A DNA stretch of 64,000 nucleotides from Octopus sinensis (taxonomy: Eukaryota): positions 14,384,001 through 14,448,000 of the forward strand of contig NC_042998.1 of NCBI RefSeq assembly GCF_006345805.1. Reading direction: 5' to 3'. Below are positions 63,683-64,000 of the stretch, piece after piece. Position numbers and translations under genes: made by a program. Under the pieces are notes generated by a model, which saw nothing but the letters and a program-made list of their open reading frames with translations, was not told where the DNA came from and searched no databases. Position 1 is the first letter of the stretch; every line of letters starts with the position of its first letter.

Positions 63683-64000
63683 TACTATTCAATTGTGTTT
63701 TATGTATATGTGTATGGTGGCTCTGGTGTTGAGTAGTTTTCTGATCTAGAGAGGAAATATTTATTATCATACCTATATCTACATGTATATGCATACAGTA
63801 TATGAATATTTTATGCGTGTACTAACCTATATAAGTTCGCACGTGCGTATGTGTGTGTGCAAGCAAGTAATATAAGCACACACGTATATATATATATACA
63901 TATATATACACATACACAAACGCGCATGCACACAGAGACGCATGCACATACACACCACACACAAAACACACACTCAACATACACATACACGCACATACAT

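Overview
AT-rich, microsatellite-saturated animal genomic DNA. The SINE families and repeat landscape point to a coleoid cephalopod, most likely Octopus (inference). No complete protein-coding gene is recognisable. Almost all long ORFs in the track are translations of (TA)n, (CA)n, (TAA)n, (CT)n or (GAAA)n arrays. The window is dominated by three tRNA-derived SINE families (dozens of copies, including a dense cluster at 9.2-11.7 kb and multimeric chains). It also holds remnants of R4/Dong-type, CR1-type and Penelope-like retroelements, mariner, pogo-like and Chapaev-like DNA transposons, a non-autonomous Helitron and a palindromic MITE. Other features are a CpG-rich housekeeping-type promoter-motif cluster at 33.45 kb, a few candidate exons, two near-perfect inverted duplications, a probable false tandem duplication at 58-59.5 kb and a 100-N gap. 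The most unusual signal is a complete minimal hammerhead ribozyme at 35828-35878 (-) whose core carries the compensatory G3:C8 swap (GUGAACA instead of CUGANGA). It lies directly downstream of a degenerate Myb/SANT-like plus Gln-rich ORF. Other hammerhead variants in the window have C3-U4 (62190), C3-C4 (3889) and possibly U3:A8 (2889) cores.
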